64,000 nucleotides of DNA, taken from an uncultured Pseudomonadota bacterium. Its GTDB lineage: Bacteria; Pseudomonadota; Alphaproteobacteria; Acetobacterales; Acetobacteraceae. The translations under genes were made by a program, and so were the position numbers. Where the stretch lies: the NCBI GenBank assembly GCA_963777625.1, contig CAVZRO010000033.1:46235-110234 (forward strand), read 5' to 3'. Within the stretch, counting starts at the first letter, position 1; the number at the start of each line of letters is the position of its first letter. Below the pieces are notes generated by a model. That model did not search any database. It saw only the letters and a program-made list of their open reading frames with translations, and had not been told where the DNA came from. This document shows, one piece after another, positions 9,820 through 19,217 of this stretch.

Positions 9820-10767
9820 TCAACTCCGCAGGCGCGGGCTCAGTACAATGGAGACGACATCGGCCAGCAAATTGCCGATCCCGTACGCGACCGCCACGAC
9901 CAGTACGGACGCCTCCACGACGGGGATATCGCGGTGATCGACCGCATTCACCATCATCTGCCCAATGCCGGCATAGGAAAACAGCGTTTCCACCACCACG
10001 ATGCCGCCGAGCACATAGCCGAAGCTCATCCCGATCTCCGACAGCGTCGGCAACAGGACGTTCGGCAATGCGTGCTTCAGGACCACCACCCAACCCGGCA
10101 GGCCCTTCAGGATGGCGGTGCGCACATAGGCGCTCTCCATCGCATTGATCATGCCGGCACGGGTGATCTGGCTGAGATACGCCTGCAAGCCGATGACCAG
10201 CACCGCGACAGGCAATACCAGCGCCGCCGGCCGGCTGAGCGGATTGGCGGAAGGATCCATCAGGCTGCTGCCGGGCAGGATCGGCAGCCAGATGCTGAAC
10301 ACGAGGATCAGCAACAGGCCGATGACATATTCCGGCAGCGAAAAGGCGGCCACGGCCATCCCGGACACCACCCGGTCCACCCATCGGCCCTGCCGAACCC
10401 CGGCCAGCACGCCCAGCAGAATCGACAATGGGACCGCGAGCAGCAGCGTGATTCCGCCCAGGATCGCCGAGTTGCAAAGCCGGCCCAGCAGCATCGGTCC
10501 GATCGGCACGCCGAACTGCAGCGACCGGCCGAAATTGCCGTGCAGCAGTCCGCCGATCCATGACCCGTAACGAACCAGCAGCGGCAGATCGAGCCCCATC
10601 TGCCGGCGCAGCGCCACCACCTGAGCTGGCGTTGCCAGATCGCCCAGCATGGCGTTGGCGACATCGCCCGGCAGCACATTGACGATGCCGAAGGTCAGCA
10701 CCGAGACGACGAACAACACGACGACCAGCAGGAACAGGCGTTGCAGGATCAGTTGCAGCGCCTTCAT
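9820..10767 (-). CDS. peptide/opine/nickel-family ABC permease (DppB-like)
   Basis: 315 aa, MKALQLILQRLFLLVVVLFVVSVLTFGIVNVLPGD, classic DppB N-terminus. Confidence 0.85.
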   Translation of the reverse strand: MKALQLILQRLFLLVVVLFVVSVLTFGIVNVLPGDVANAMLGDLATPAQVVALRRQMGLDLPLLVRYGSWIGGLLHGNFGRSLQFGVPIGPMLLGRLCNSAILGGITLLLAVPLSILLGVLAGVRQGRWVDRVVSGMAVAAFSLPEYVIGLLLILVFSIWLPILPGSSLMDPSANPLSRPAALVLPVAVLVIGLQAYLSQITRAGMINAMESAYVRTAILKGLPGWVVVLKHALPNVLLPTLSEIGMSFGYVLGGIVVVETLFSYAGIGQMMVNAVDHRDIPVVEASVLVVAVAYGIGNLLADVVSIVLSPRLRS

Positions 10768-10795
10768 TCCGTGGGTCCGCAGCGCCGGTCGAACT

Positions 10796-12346
10796 TCACG
10801 CGCTCAACCAGATGGGGCGCACATCGACCATGTCGTATTGCGGCGGGACAAAACCCTGCACCTTGTCGGAGGTGGCGCCGATATAGTTCATGAAGTACGG
10901 GATCACCCGGTCGCTGCCATCGTGGATCTTGTCAAGCGCCTGCGCCACCAGTTGCTTCCGCTTCGCGACATCGACCTCGGCGATGATGTCCTCCAGCAGC
11001 CGATCCAGGCCGGGGCTGGTTTCCACGCCGCTGTAGTTCAGTCGCGCCTTGCTGAAGAAGACCAGATAGAGCAATTCGTAGAGGGTCGGGCTGCCCGACC
11101 AGTTGGCGGTGTAAAGCTGCTTCTTGCGCGCCACGTTGGCGACGTACTCGGTATAGGGGATGTCGCGCACGTTGATGGTGATACCGATCTTCGCCGCGGC
11201 GTCTTTCATTGCCAGCGCCACTTTCGGGGTCGGCGGCCGTTCGCTGCTGCACCAGAAATCCAGTGTCAGCGGCCCCGTGCCGGCTTCAGCGAGCAGCTTG
11301 CGTGCGCGATCCAGGTCCTGAGCGTTCTGCGGCAGTTCAGACAGATACATGTTGCCCGGTGGCAGCGTGACATCGTTGCCGAGTTTGCCCTGGCCGAACA
11401 ACGCGGATTCGATCAGGGCATTGCGGTCCAGGATATAGCGGAACGCCTCGCGCAGCTTGGGATTGTCGAACGGCGCCTGGTTGGCCTGCAGCATCACCGG
11501 CTGGTAGACGCCGGTGGTGGTGGAATAGGCGCGGATGCCGCGGGCACGGCGCAGCGCCAGGAAGGTCTCGGCGGAGATGCTGCTGATGAAATCCACGTCG
11601 CCGCTGCGCAAGGCGGCCTGCTGCGCCATCAATTCGCGGATCACCACCAGCTTTGCGCCGTCCAGATAGGGGCGGCCCTGCATCCAGTAATCCGGATTGC
11701 GCGCCAACGTCAGGCTGGCACCCGGCTGGAAATCCGTCAGCCGGAACGGGCCGGTGCCTGAGGGCGCGGTCTTCAACTGGTCGATGCGATCCTTCGGAAC
11801 GATACGGGCCCAGCGGTTGGCCAGCGTGACCGGAAGCTCTCCGAACGGCTGGGTGAGCGCCAGGCGCACCTTGTAGCGGCCTTCGGCCCGCGCCTGCTGG
11901 AGCGGGCCGAACGCACCGGTGGCGTTCAGCGCCAGGCTTTTGTCATAGGCACGCTCGATCGTCGCCACCACGTCGTCGGAGGTGAACTCCGTGCCGTGAT
12001 GGAAACGCACGCCCTGGCGCAGGTCGAACACCCATTCCTGGGCGTGCTTCTCCGGTGTCCATTGCAGCGCCAGGTTTGGCAAGGGCTGATTCTGTGCGTC
12101 CAGCGACGTCAGGTTGTCGAACACCATCGTGCTGTATTGCTGGGTGGAGATGTTCAGCGTCGCCTGCGGATCGAGCGTGTCCGGCGCGGCGGAATAGGCC
12201 ATGCGAAATGTTCCGCCGGGGCGCGGTTGCGTTGCCTGGGCCGAAGCGGGGCTGGGGCGCAACAGTGCGGCGCCACCCAGCCCTGCCAGCGCACCCCGCC
12301 GCGTGAGGCGAAGCTTCTGCCAGTCGAACCGGCCGCTGCCCTGCAT
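10796..12346 (-). CDS. family-5 ABC substrate-binding protein with Tat-type signal
   Basis: 516 aa. RRGALAGLGGAALL twin-arginine signal and family-5 SBP length and motifs. AGGAGG upstream of ATG 12346. Confidence 0.85.
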   Translation of the reverse strand: MQGSGRFDWQKLRLTRRGALAGLGGAALLRPSPASAQATQPRPGGTFRMAYSAAPDTLDPQATLNISTQQYSTMVFDNLTSLDAQNQPLPNLALQWTPEKHAQEWVFDLRQGVRFHHGTEFTSDDVVATIERAYDKSLALNATGAFGPLQQARAEGRYKVRLALTQPFGELPVTLANRWARIVPKDRIDQLKTAPSGTGPFRLTDFQPGASLTLARNPDYWMQGRPYLDGAKLVVIRELMAQQAALRSGDVDFISSISAETFLALRRARGIRAYSTTTGVYQPVMLQANQAPFDNPKLREAFRYILDRNALIESALFGQGKLGNDVTLPPGNMYLSELPQNAQDLDRARKLLAEAGTGPLTLDFWCSSERPPTPKVALAMKDAAAKIGITINVRDIPYTEYVANVARKKQLYTANWSGSPTLYELLYLVFFSKARLNYSGVETSPGLDRLLEDIIAEVDVAKRKQLVAQALDKIHDGSDRVIPYFMNYIGATSDKVQGFVPPQYDMVDVRPIWLSA

Positions 12347-12366
12347 GCTCAGCCTCCTTCTGGTGG

Positions 12367-13164
12367 CTACGTCGCCAGCCGCAACCGTGCCCCGTGCGTG
12401 GCTTCGGTCGGAAGCGGCACGCCCTCAGCGCCGCCCGTTTCGCCCGGCCGCCCCAGCAGCACCTCATAGACGCCTTCGCCGCGAAGCTGCAGATGCGCGG
12501 CGATTTCAGTTCCGTCATTCGCCGGCTGGATGACCTCCACCCAGCGCCCGGCAAAGACGTAGCGTCGTGCCATTGTCGCGCCGGGGTGGACGATTGCCGC
12601 GCCGGTGCCGAACACTGCGTTCAGGCCGGGTTCGACCGCGGCCAGCGCCGAGGTCAGCACTCTGATGCCGACGATGCCGGTAGCACCGCCGGGCTGCCTG
12701 GCGGCTTCGCCGGCCGGGACGCGAATTTCGCGCTCGACGGTGTCCTGAATGAGGAAGGGCAGCACGGGGCTGCCAGCGCCGCGCCCAGCCAGCAGCACGG
12801 CCACGCCCCAACGCCGTCCGTCCGCCAGTGCCCGCCCGCCGCTGCGCGGGCCGACCGTGGTCAAGCCGGCCTGTGTCAGGCGCTGCGCCTCGGCGCTGAC
12901 GTCGGCGACATGCAGTGAATAATCCAGCCAGCCGTCGCCCTTGGCGAGCATCGGTGCCCAGCGATGGCCGCCGGGTTGCGCGGGATCGCGGAAGGCGAAA
13001 ACTTCGATGTACGAACCGTCCGCAAGGCAGATCAGCCGGTTCTCGGTGTCGGTCGGGCCTACGTCTGGGCGTGCGGTCACCCTGAAGCCGAGGCTGCGCA
13101 AATCGGCCTCCGCCCGGCGCAGATCGTTGACGCCGAGTACGGCGTGGTCAAACCCGTTCAACAT
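12367..13164 (-). CDS. VOC (glyoxalase-like domain) family protein
   Basis: MLNGFDHAVLGVNDLRRAEADLRSLGFRV, N-terminus typical of glyoxalase-like domain proteins. 20 nt upstream of the SBP gene. Confidence 0.65.
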   Translation of the reverse strand: MLNGFDHAVLGVNDLRRAEADLRSLGFRVTARPDVGPTDTENRLICLADGSYIEVFAFRDPAQPGGHRWAPMLAKGDGWLDYSLHVADVSAEAQRLTQAGLTTVGPRSGGRALADGRRWGVAVLLAGRGAGSPVLPFLIQDTVEREIRVPAGEAARQPGGATGIVGIRVLTSALAAVEPGLNAVFGTGAAIVHPGATMARRYVFAGRWVEVIQPANDGTEIAAHLQLRGEGVYEVLLGRPGETGGAEGVPLPTEATHGARLRLAT

Positions 13165-13245
13165 GGTTGCCTTTCAGGGCGATGGCGACAGGAATTGTGG
13201 GGCCGCGGCGTCATGGCGGGGGTGGCAATGTCGGTCATGCCCGGA

Positions 13246-14409
13246 TCATCCCGTCTGCTCGATTTCCATTTTGACCACCGAGAGCGGTCCCTCCGGGCGC
13301 ATGAACCGTTGCCAGCGGAAGGCGTCGAGATCCATCGACGGCGCACCGTCCACGATCCATTCCGCCATCAACTCGCCGGCACATGGGCCGAGGCAGAAAC
13401 CGTGTCCGCTGAAACCGGCGCAGACCAGAAATCCTTCGGGGCCACCTGCCGGCCCCAGGATCGGCATCATGTCCGGTGTGCATTCGCGGATGCCGGCCCA
13501 GCCGCCGGATAGTTTCGCGTGCGCCAGTGCCGGAAAGATGCGCCGCGCCTTGGCGGAGATGACCAGCTCAGTTTCCCGAAAGCGGCGATCGAAGGTGAAG
13601 CGGTTGGCGTCGTCGCGATTGGCTCCGCTGCCGAAGCGCATCGACCCGTCCGGCAATTGCGAGCCGCCGAAATCATACGCATAGGTCTGCACGAACGGCG
13701 TGGTCTGCGGCGGCAGCGGCATGGTGCGGAGCGAGGCGAGGCGGCTCGGGTAGATCGGCAGATAGACATCCGCGAGTTGCGCGACCGACGGAGCCCAGGG
13801 ACCGGCCGCGTTCAGTACCACCGGTGCCTCGACGCGCAGCTCGGCCGTCTGCACATGTGTCACCCGCCCATTCGACTGGCCGATGCCGGTTACCTGCTGG
13901 TGGCAAAGGAACGTCGCGCCCTCGTCCTCGGCCGCCTGGGCGATTGCCAGCGTCGCCTGCGCCGGATCGGCCATGCCGTCGGTGGGGCAGTATTTGGCGC
14001 CGGTCAGCCGGTGATCGATCCCCGGTGACAAGCGCCGCAGTTCCTCGGGTTCGATCAGCTCGGTCTCCAGGCCAAGCTGACGTTCCCGCGCGCCTTGCTC
14101 GGCAAGAGCTTCCATCTCGGCCGAGGTTTCGGCGACATAGACGTGGCCGGTCTGGCGATAACCAGTGGCACGGCGCAGTTGCGCATCCATGCGCGTCCAC
14201 ATCTGTACCGCGCGTCGGGCGAGCGGTATCTCGGGGGCCAGACGGCCCTGCTGGCGCACGCCACCGCCGTTGCGGCCGGACGCCTCCGCGCCGATCAGCC
14301 AGCGCTCCAGAACCACCGCGCGGCGTCCGCGCCGGGCCAAAGAGAGTGCGGCGGAAGCCCCGGCGATGCCGCCGCCGACGATTGCCACGTCGGCAGAGAC
14401 CGTTCGCAT
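13246..14409 (-). CDS. FAD-dependent oxidoreductase (DAO / sarcosine-oxidase-beta-like)
   Basis: VAIVGGGIAGASAALSLARRGRRAVVLE dinucleotide-binding motif; 387 aa. ATG overlaps the upstream TGA (ATGA). Confidence 0.85.
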   Translation of the reverse strand: MRTVSADVAIVGGGIAGASAALSLARRGRRAVVLERWLIGAEASGRNGGGVRQQGRLAPEIPLARRAVQMWTRMDAQLRRATGYRQTGHVYVAETSAEMEALAEQGARERQLGLETELIEPEELRRLSPGIDHRLTGAKYCPTDGMADPAQATLAIAQAAEDEGATFLCHQQVTGIGQSNGRVTHVQTAELRVEAPVVLNAAGPWAPSVAQLADVYLPIYPSRLASLRTMPLPPQTTPFVQTYAYDFGGSQLPDGSMRFGSGANRDDANRFTFDRRFRETELVISAKARRIFPALAHAKLSGGWAGIRECTPDMMPILGPAGGPEGFLVCAGFSGHGFCLGPCAGELMAEWIVDGAPSMDLDAFRWQRFMRPEGPLSVVKMEIEQTG

Positions 14410-15599
14410 CAGCCGGGGCCGTTGCTACGCACGGCCCGCACCATGCGCGTCAGTATCTCGTCCAGGATTGCGGGCGATGTGGCGAAGTTGAACCGCAGGA
14501 AATCGCCGCAGCGCTCATCGAAACTTTCCCCCGGGCTGGCGGCGACACCGGCCTTCTCCAGGAAGAATTGTCCCGCCGGCACGCCCAGGCGCAGGGCGGA
14601 AAAGTCGATCCATGACAGATACGTTGCTTCCGGTTGGTAGAACCGCGCTTCCGGCAAGTCGCGACGCAACGTGTCGCTCATCTGATCGCGCGTGGAGCGC
14701 AGCATCGCCAGCATGGAATCGAGCCAGGGCTGGCACTCGTCCCACGCCACCACGGTCGCGTCGATTCCGGCGATCGATGGCTGGCCGAGCAGCTTGCGTG
14801 GCACCCGCGCCTCGAACCGGGTCTTCAGCGCCGTTCTGCCGAAGTGAATCACGCCGCAACGCAGCCCCGGAATGTTGAAGCTTTTGGTTGCCGAGGTAAT
14901 CGTCACCGTGCGGGCGGCGATTTCGGGGCTGACCGAGGCCATGGGGATATGAGCGCGGCCGGGATAGACAAGGTCCGCATGAATCTCATCGGAGACGATG
15001 ATCAGGTCGCGCTCGATCGCCAGCCGGCCGACTGCCGCCAGCTCGTCGCGGCTGAATACCCGGCCGGTGGGGTTGTGCGGATGGCAGAACAGCAGGATGC
15101 GGGTTTTCTGGTCGATTTGTGCGGCCAGTTTGTCGAGATCCATGACATAACGCGTGCCGTCATCGCGCAGCCGGTCTTCCAGCAGAGCCCTGCCAGTGCC
15201 CAGGATCGCTTCCCGGAACGGCGGGTAGGCCGGCGTTTGCAGCACCACCTTGTCGCCGGGATCGCTGAAGGCGAGCACGCAGGCGAAGCTCGTCTGCACC
15301 AGGTCGGTGCAGGTGAAAGCATCGTCGGGATCGACGGTCCAGCCGAACCGGTTCTGCATTCGGCGGGCAAAGGCGCGGGACACCGCCAGTTCCGCCCGGT
15401 CGCCCTGGCGCAGCGGATAGCCATATTCCTGCTCGCGGGTCAGCCGCTCCATCGCCGCCTGGATCGGGGGCGCGACCGGGACATCCATTTCCGCCACCCA
15501 GCAGGGGATGACATCGCCGGAATAGCGTTCCCATTTGGCGCCGCGCCGGTGGCGTAGCTGGGGGATGGTGAAGGTCGCAGGCGAGCCGGTCCGGTCCAT
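14409..15599 (-). CDS. PLP-dependent C-S lyase / aminotransferase (MalY/PatB type)
   Basis: From internal ATG 15599 (AAGGAGA upstream): MDRTGSPATFTIPQLRHRRGAKWERY..DVIPCWVAEMD..SATKSFNIPGLR (PLP-lysine motif). The upstream part of the track ORF is an extension. Confidence 0.8.
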   Translation of the reverse strand: MDRTGSPATFTIPQLRHRRGAKWERYSGDVIPCWVAEMDVPVAPPIQAAMERLTREQEYGYPLRQGDRAELAVSRAFARRMQNRFGWTVDPDDAFTCTDLVQTSFACVLAFSDPGDKVVLQTPAYPPFREAILGTGRALLEDRLRDDGTRYVMDLDKLAAQIDQKTRILLFCHPHNPTGRVFSRDELAAVGRLAIERDLIIVSDEIHADLVYPGRAHIPMASVSPEIAARTVTITSATKSFNIPGLRCGVIHFGRTALKTRFEARVPRKLLGQPSIAGIDATVVAWDECQPWLDSMLAMLRSTRDQMSDTLRRDLPEARFYQPEATYLSWIDFSALRLGVPAGQFFLEKAGVAASPGESFDERCGDFLRFNFATSPAILDEILTRMVRAVRSNGPG

Positions 15600-15643
15600 T
15601 CTGTCTCCTTCACCAGGGTCAGACCCTGCGATCACTAAGGTAT

Positions 15644-17599
15644 TCAGATCTCGCGTCCCGCCCGGGCGCCCTCGAATATCGCCTGCTCGAGCTGGCGCGG
15701 CGCCCAGGCGTCGCCGATGGTCTTCAGCGCCGGCACCCGATCCAGCAGGTGGCGGTACAGGCCGCGGTCCGCGTGGCCGCGACTGCACAGCACCACGCTG
15801 TCCGCCGCTACCTCGTAGGAGGTGTGGTTGAGCCGCGCGATCGTCACGCCGGACTCGCTGACGGCGCTGAGTTCTTCCATCGGCTGCATGCGAACGCCCA
15901 GGTTCATCAGCCGCTCATAAACGGGGCGCCAGGTCAGCAGATCGATATCCATGCCAACGAAAAAGGTGGATGAGACGATGGTGACCTCATGCCCGCGTTC
16001 GGCGAGCAGTTCGGCGACGGAAGTTGCCATGTGCCGGCCGTCCCAGTCGCCGATCACCACCCGCTTGCCGAGATTCGCGCCAGCAAGCACCTGACGTGCG
16101 GTCACGACATGCGGCAGATCGGCACCTGGCATCTCCGGCATCGTATCGGCGGCGCCGGTCGCCAGTACCACCGCATCCGGTTCGCGCGCCAGCACCTGGC
16201 CGGCATCGAGTTCGCTGCCGAGCCGCACATCCACGCCCTGCTTAGCGACCTGCGAGCTGAGCCATTCGATGATACGCAAATAACCCTTCCGGTATGGTGT
16301 GCGGGCCAGAGCCAGCACCTGACCGCCGAGCGCATCGTTGCGTTCATGCAGTTCTACCGAGTGGCCGCGTCTGGCCGCGACCCGCGCGGCTTCCAGCCCG
16401 GCGGGGCCGCCGCCGACAACCAGTACCCGCCGCTTTCGCGTCGTTGGTTGCAGCGCTGGCCAGATATGCTCCCGGCCGGTGCGCGGATTGTACACGCAGG
16501 TGATGTCACCCACGCGCTGCTGCCGACCGAAGCAGCTCTCGTTGCAGTAGATACAGGTTCGGATGTCATCGCTCCGCCCCTCTGTCAGCTTGCGGATGAT
16601 TGCCGGCTCGGCGATATGGGCGCGCGTCATGCCCACCATGTCGGCTTGGCCGGCGGCGAGGATCGCCTCCGCCTCGGCGGGATCGGCCAGTTTTCCGATG
16701 CAGAACACCGGGACGGGCACCGCCGCGCGGATCGCCTGGGCCAGCGGCACCAGCGGCCGGGCCGGTGAGGCGATCGTCGGATAATGGATCGAACGGCTCC
16801 ACATGCTGGAATTGGTGCCGGCACTGACGTCGAGGAAATCCAGCGCCCCCCATTCGACCATCCTTTGCGCGAAGCCGATGCCGTCTTCCAGCCGATAACC
16901 GTCGGCGATCAGTTCGTCGGCGCTGTAGCGGATGCCGAACGTGAAATGCGGGCCAATTGCCGCACGCACCGCCTGCAACACCTCGCGGGCAAGACGCAGT
17001 CGATTTTCCGTGCTCCCGCCATACTCGTCATCACGCTTGTTCGAGGCCGGCGAGAGAAACTGCTGCACCAGGTTGCCATGCGTGAAGGACAGCTCCACAC
17101 CATCCAGGCCGCCGTCGCGGCAGCGCCGCGCCGCGGCGGCGAACGCGGCGATGATGGCAGCGATCTCTTCGCGCTCCAGCGCGTGCGGGATGTCGCGCGT
17201 GCGATCCATCGGGATGGCCGACGGAGCGAGCGGCGGCTGCCCTTGTGACCCCATCACCGTATTGCGGCCGGAGTGCGAGAGCAGGCAGAAAATCTTGGTG
17301 CTCTCGGCGTGTACCGCGTCGGCAATGCGTTGGTAGAGCGGCAGCACGGCGTCGCTGGTGTTGCGCAGATTGGCGCCGGCGACGCCGGCACCAATCGGGG
17401 AATCATCGATCGACGTCGCTTCGATGACGATCAGGCCGATGCCACCTCGGGCGCGAGCGCGATGATATTCAATGTGGCGTTCAGTGAGCAGACCGTTGCC
17501 ACCGAAGCCGGTGCCGTGTGCGGAAGAGAACGCACGGTTGCGAACCGTGATCTGCCCGATGGTCAGGGGTGAGAGCAGGTGCGGAAATCCGGTGGTCAT
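15644..17599 (-). CDS. NADH:flavin oxidoreductase with 4Fe-4S and FAD/NAD domains (2,4-dienoyl-CoA reductase / trimethylamine-dehydrogenase family)
   Basis: OYE-like N-terminus (ITVRNRAFSSAH), Cys cluster CIYCNESCFGRQQRVGDITC (C-x2-C-x3-C-x11-C), then VLVVGGGPAGLEAARVAARRGH. Start taken at ATG 17599. Confidence 0.85.
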   Translation of the reverse strand: MTTGFPHLLSPLTIGQITVRNRAFSSAHGTGFGGNGLLTERHIEYHRARARGGIGLIVIEATSIDDSPIGAGVAGANLRNTSDAVLPLYQRIADAVHAESTKIFCLLSHSGRNTVMGSQGQPPLAPSAIPMDRTRDIPHALEREEIAAIIAAFAAAARRCRDGGLDGVELSFTHGNLVQQFLSPASNKRDDEYGGSTENRLRLAREVLQAVRAAIGPHFTFGIRYSADELIADGYRLEDGIGFAQRMVEWGALDFLDVSAGTNSSMWSRSIHYPTIASPARPLVPLAQAIRAAVPVPVFCIGKLADPAEAEAILAAGQADMVGMTRAHIAEPAIIRKLTEGRSDDIRTCIYCNESCFGRQQRVGDITCVYNPRTGREHIWPALQPTTRKRRVLVVGGGPAGLEAARVAARRGHSVELHERNDALGGQVLALARTPYRKGYLRIIEWLSSQVAKQGVDVRLGSELDAGQVLAREPDAVVLATGAADTMPEMPGADLPHVVTARQVLAGANLGKRVVIGDWDGRHMATSVAELLAERGHEVTIVSSTFFVGMDIDLLTWRPVYERLMNLGVRMQPMEELSAVSESGVTIARLNHTSYEVAADSVVLCSRGHADRGLYRHLLDRVPALKTIGDAWAPRQLEQAIFEGARAGREI

Positions 17600-17665
17600 G
17601 TCCCCGTCATGTCCCCTTTTGGCGATGTGTTCGCTGCTCGAGCCGGGCTGGCATCCTCCAGTCCT

Positions 17666-17682
17666 GCATTGTATTGCAATGC
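17666..17682. promoter_or_regulatory. inverted repeat GCATTG-tattg-CAATGC in the divergent promoter (candidate IclR operator)
   Basis: Perfect 6-bp arms read directly in the 131-bp intergenic region between the flavin oxidoreductase (start 17599) and the IclR gene (start 17731). Confidence 0.35.
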
Positions 17683-17730
17683 GATAGCTTGTATGGAGAA
17701 ACACTACGTCCACTTGCAGAGTGTCGTCAA

Positions 17731-18534
17731 ATGCCGCCGCCTCGGGCCTCTGCCGGTCCCACCACATCTCCGCCAGAAGAGCGGGAGGATCCGCTGTTCG
17801 TTCGGTCCGTGGAGAAAGCTCTCCGCGTGCTGACCGCGTTCAACGCGCGGCGGCCGACGCTGAGCCTGTCTCAGCTCGCGGCCGCGACCGGACTGGACAA
17901 GAGCGCCGCGCAGCGTTTTGCGCATACGCTGCTGCGGCTGGGGTATCTTCGCAAGGATCCGCGGACCAAGCATTTCGAGCTGACCTCACGCACCCTGGCG
18001 CCGGCGCACCATTACACGCAGTCCAATCCGCTGGTGCGTCGGGCGGTGCCTTATCTCGTGCAGCTTGCCGGCGCCACCGAGGAGGCAACCAATCTGTCGA
18101 TGCTGGACGGCACGGATATCGTCTTCGTCGCGCGCTTCGTGACCCGGCACGTTATCGCCTCCCACGTCACCGTGGGAACGCGCTCGCCGGCCTTCTGCAC
18201 GGCACCAGGAATCGCGATGCTGTCGCACCTTCCGGCTGGGGAAGCACAAGGCATCCTGGATGCCTCTACCCTGCGCCCGTATACGCCGCATACCACATGG
18301 CGCATGCCTGAGCTGCAGGTGAAACTGCGGGAGGCAGCGGCGCGGGGCTATGCCGTTTGCAGCGAGGAGATGCTGATCAACGACATCTCGGTCGCCGCGC
18401 CGATCCTGGACGGCGATGGAAGACCCGTAGCCGCGGTGAACGTCGCGGTGTCCAAATTGCGCTGTGACGTGGCGACCGCGGTGCACCAATTCGCGCCTCT
18501 GGTGGTGACCACCGCCCAGGCGATCTCCGGCTGA
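17731..18534 (+). CDS. IclR-family transcriptional regulator
   Basis: FVRSVEKALRVLTAFN..PTLSLSQLAAATGLDKSAAQRFAHTLLRLGYL (wHTH) plus a C-terminal IclR effector domain. Start at internal ATG 17731 gives 267 aa. Confidence 0.85.
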   Translation: MPPPRASAGPTTSPPEEREDPLFVRSVEKALRVLTAFNARRPTLSLSQLAAATGLDKSAAQRFAHTLLRLGYLRKDPRTKHFELTSRTLAPAHHYTQSNPLVRRAVPYLVQLAGATEEATNLSMLDGTDIVFVARFVTRHVIASHVTVGTRSPAFCTAPGIAMLSHLPAGEAQGILDASTLRPYTPHTTWRMPELQVKLREAAARGYAVCSEEMLINDISVAAPILDGDGRPVAAVNVAVSKLRCDVATAVHQFAPLVVTTAQAISG

Positions 18535-18548
18535 GGCGGAGTGTCAGG

Positions 18549-18968
18549 TCACGGCGCGTGCTTTTCCATGTAGTTGGTCGCCTCTTTCATCGCGCCCTGC
18601 ACGGCTGCCTCGGCGACCGCCTGCACGTCGCCGGCGTCGATCTTGGCGGGATCGTCAATGGCGATGGCGGCGGTGCCACTCGGCATCGCCTTGATCGAGC
18701 GGCCAGGCCAGGTGGAGATGCTGATCGAGAACTCCCCTTGCAGCTTCTTGCCGGACTTGTCGGGGCCCAGCGAGACCAGGCTGCCGTCCAGCGCGTAGCC
18801 TTTCGCGCCCTTGTCCTTGGGCTTGTCGAGCGTCAGCTTGCTGGATGATTTCACCAGTTTCTCGGCACACTTCTCCATGATGCCCGGCAGGCTGGATTTG
18901 TATTTCGAGTCGAAGACATCCTTCACCGCGAATGACTCGATTTCGACGTATGTCTTCGGCGTTGCCAT
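18549..18968 (-). CDS. hypothetical protein, Lys-rich, no recognised family
   Basis: 139-aa ORF with GGGAGAAG upstream of ATG 18968. No signal peptide or TM segment. I do not recognise the sequence. Confidence 0.55.
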   Translation of the reverse strand: MATPKTYVEIESFAVKDVFDSKYKSSLPGIMEKCAEKLVKSSSKLTLDKPKDKGAKGYALDGSLVSLGPDKSGKKLQGEFSISISTWPGRSIKAMPSGTAAIAIDDPAKIDAGDVQAVAEAAVQGAMKEATNYMEKHAP

Positions 18969-19217
18969 GGCGACACTTCTCCCGTTCGGTCGTTGCCAGG
19001 GCAGCCTATGCGATTGCCGGGTCCGTTACTACCTTTCTGAACGGCTACCATCTGCCGGTGGTGATCAGCACCAACAATACGATAAGGCACGAACGTCCGA
19101 TGCGATCCAGAAGGTCACCGCTCGCTGATCGTGTCGATCCGTCGCGGCGATCCGGCAGAGAGTTTGGCCGTTTCGCCCGATTCGGCCACACTGGCGGGAG
19201 CTATGGAGGGATTACCC

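Noticed and set aside
14159-14177. TGGCAC..TTGC sigma-54-like promoter string.
   Set aside because: The spacing is off by two nucleotides from the consensus I recall. The string lies inside the FAD-oxidoreductase coding region on the non-coding strand.
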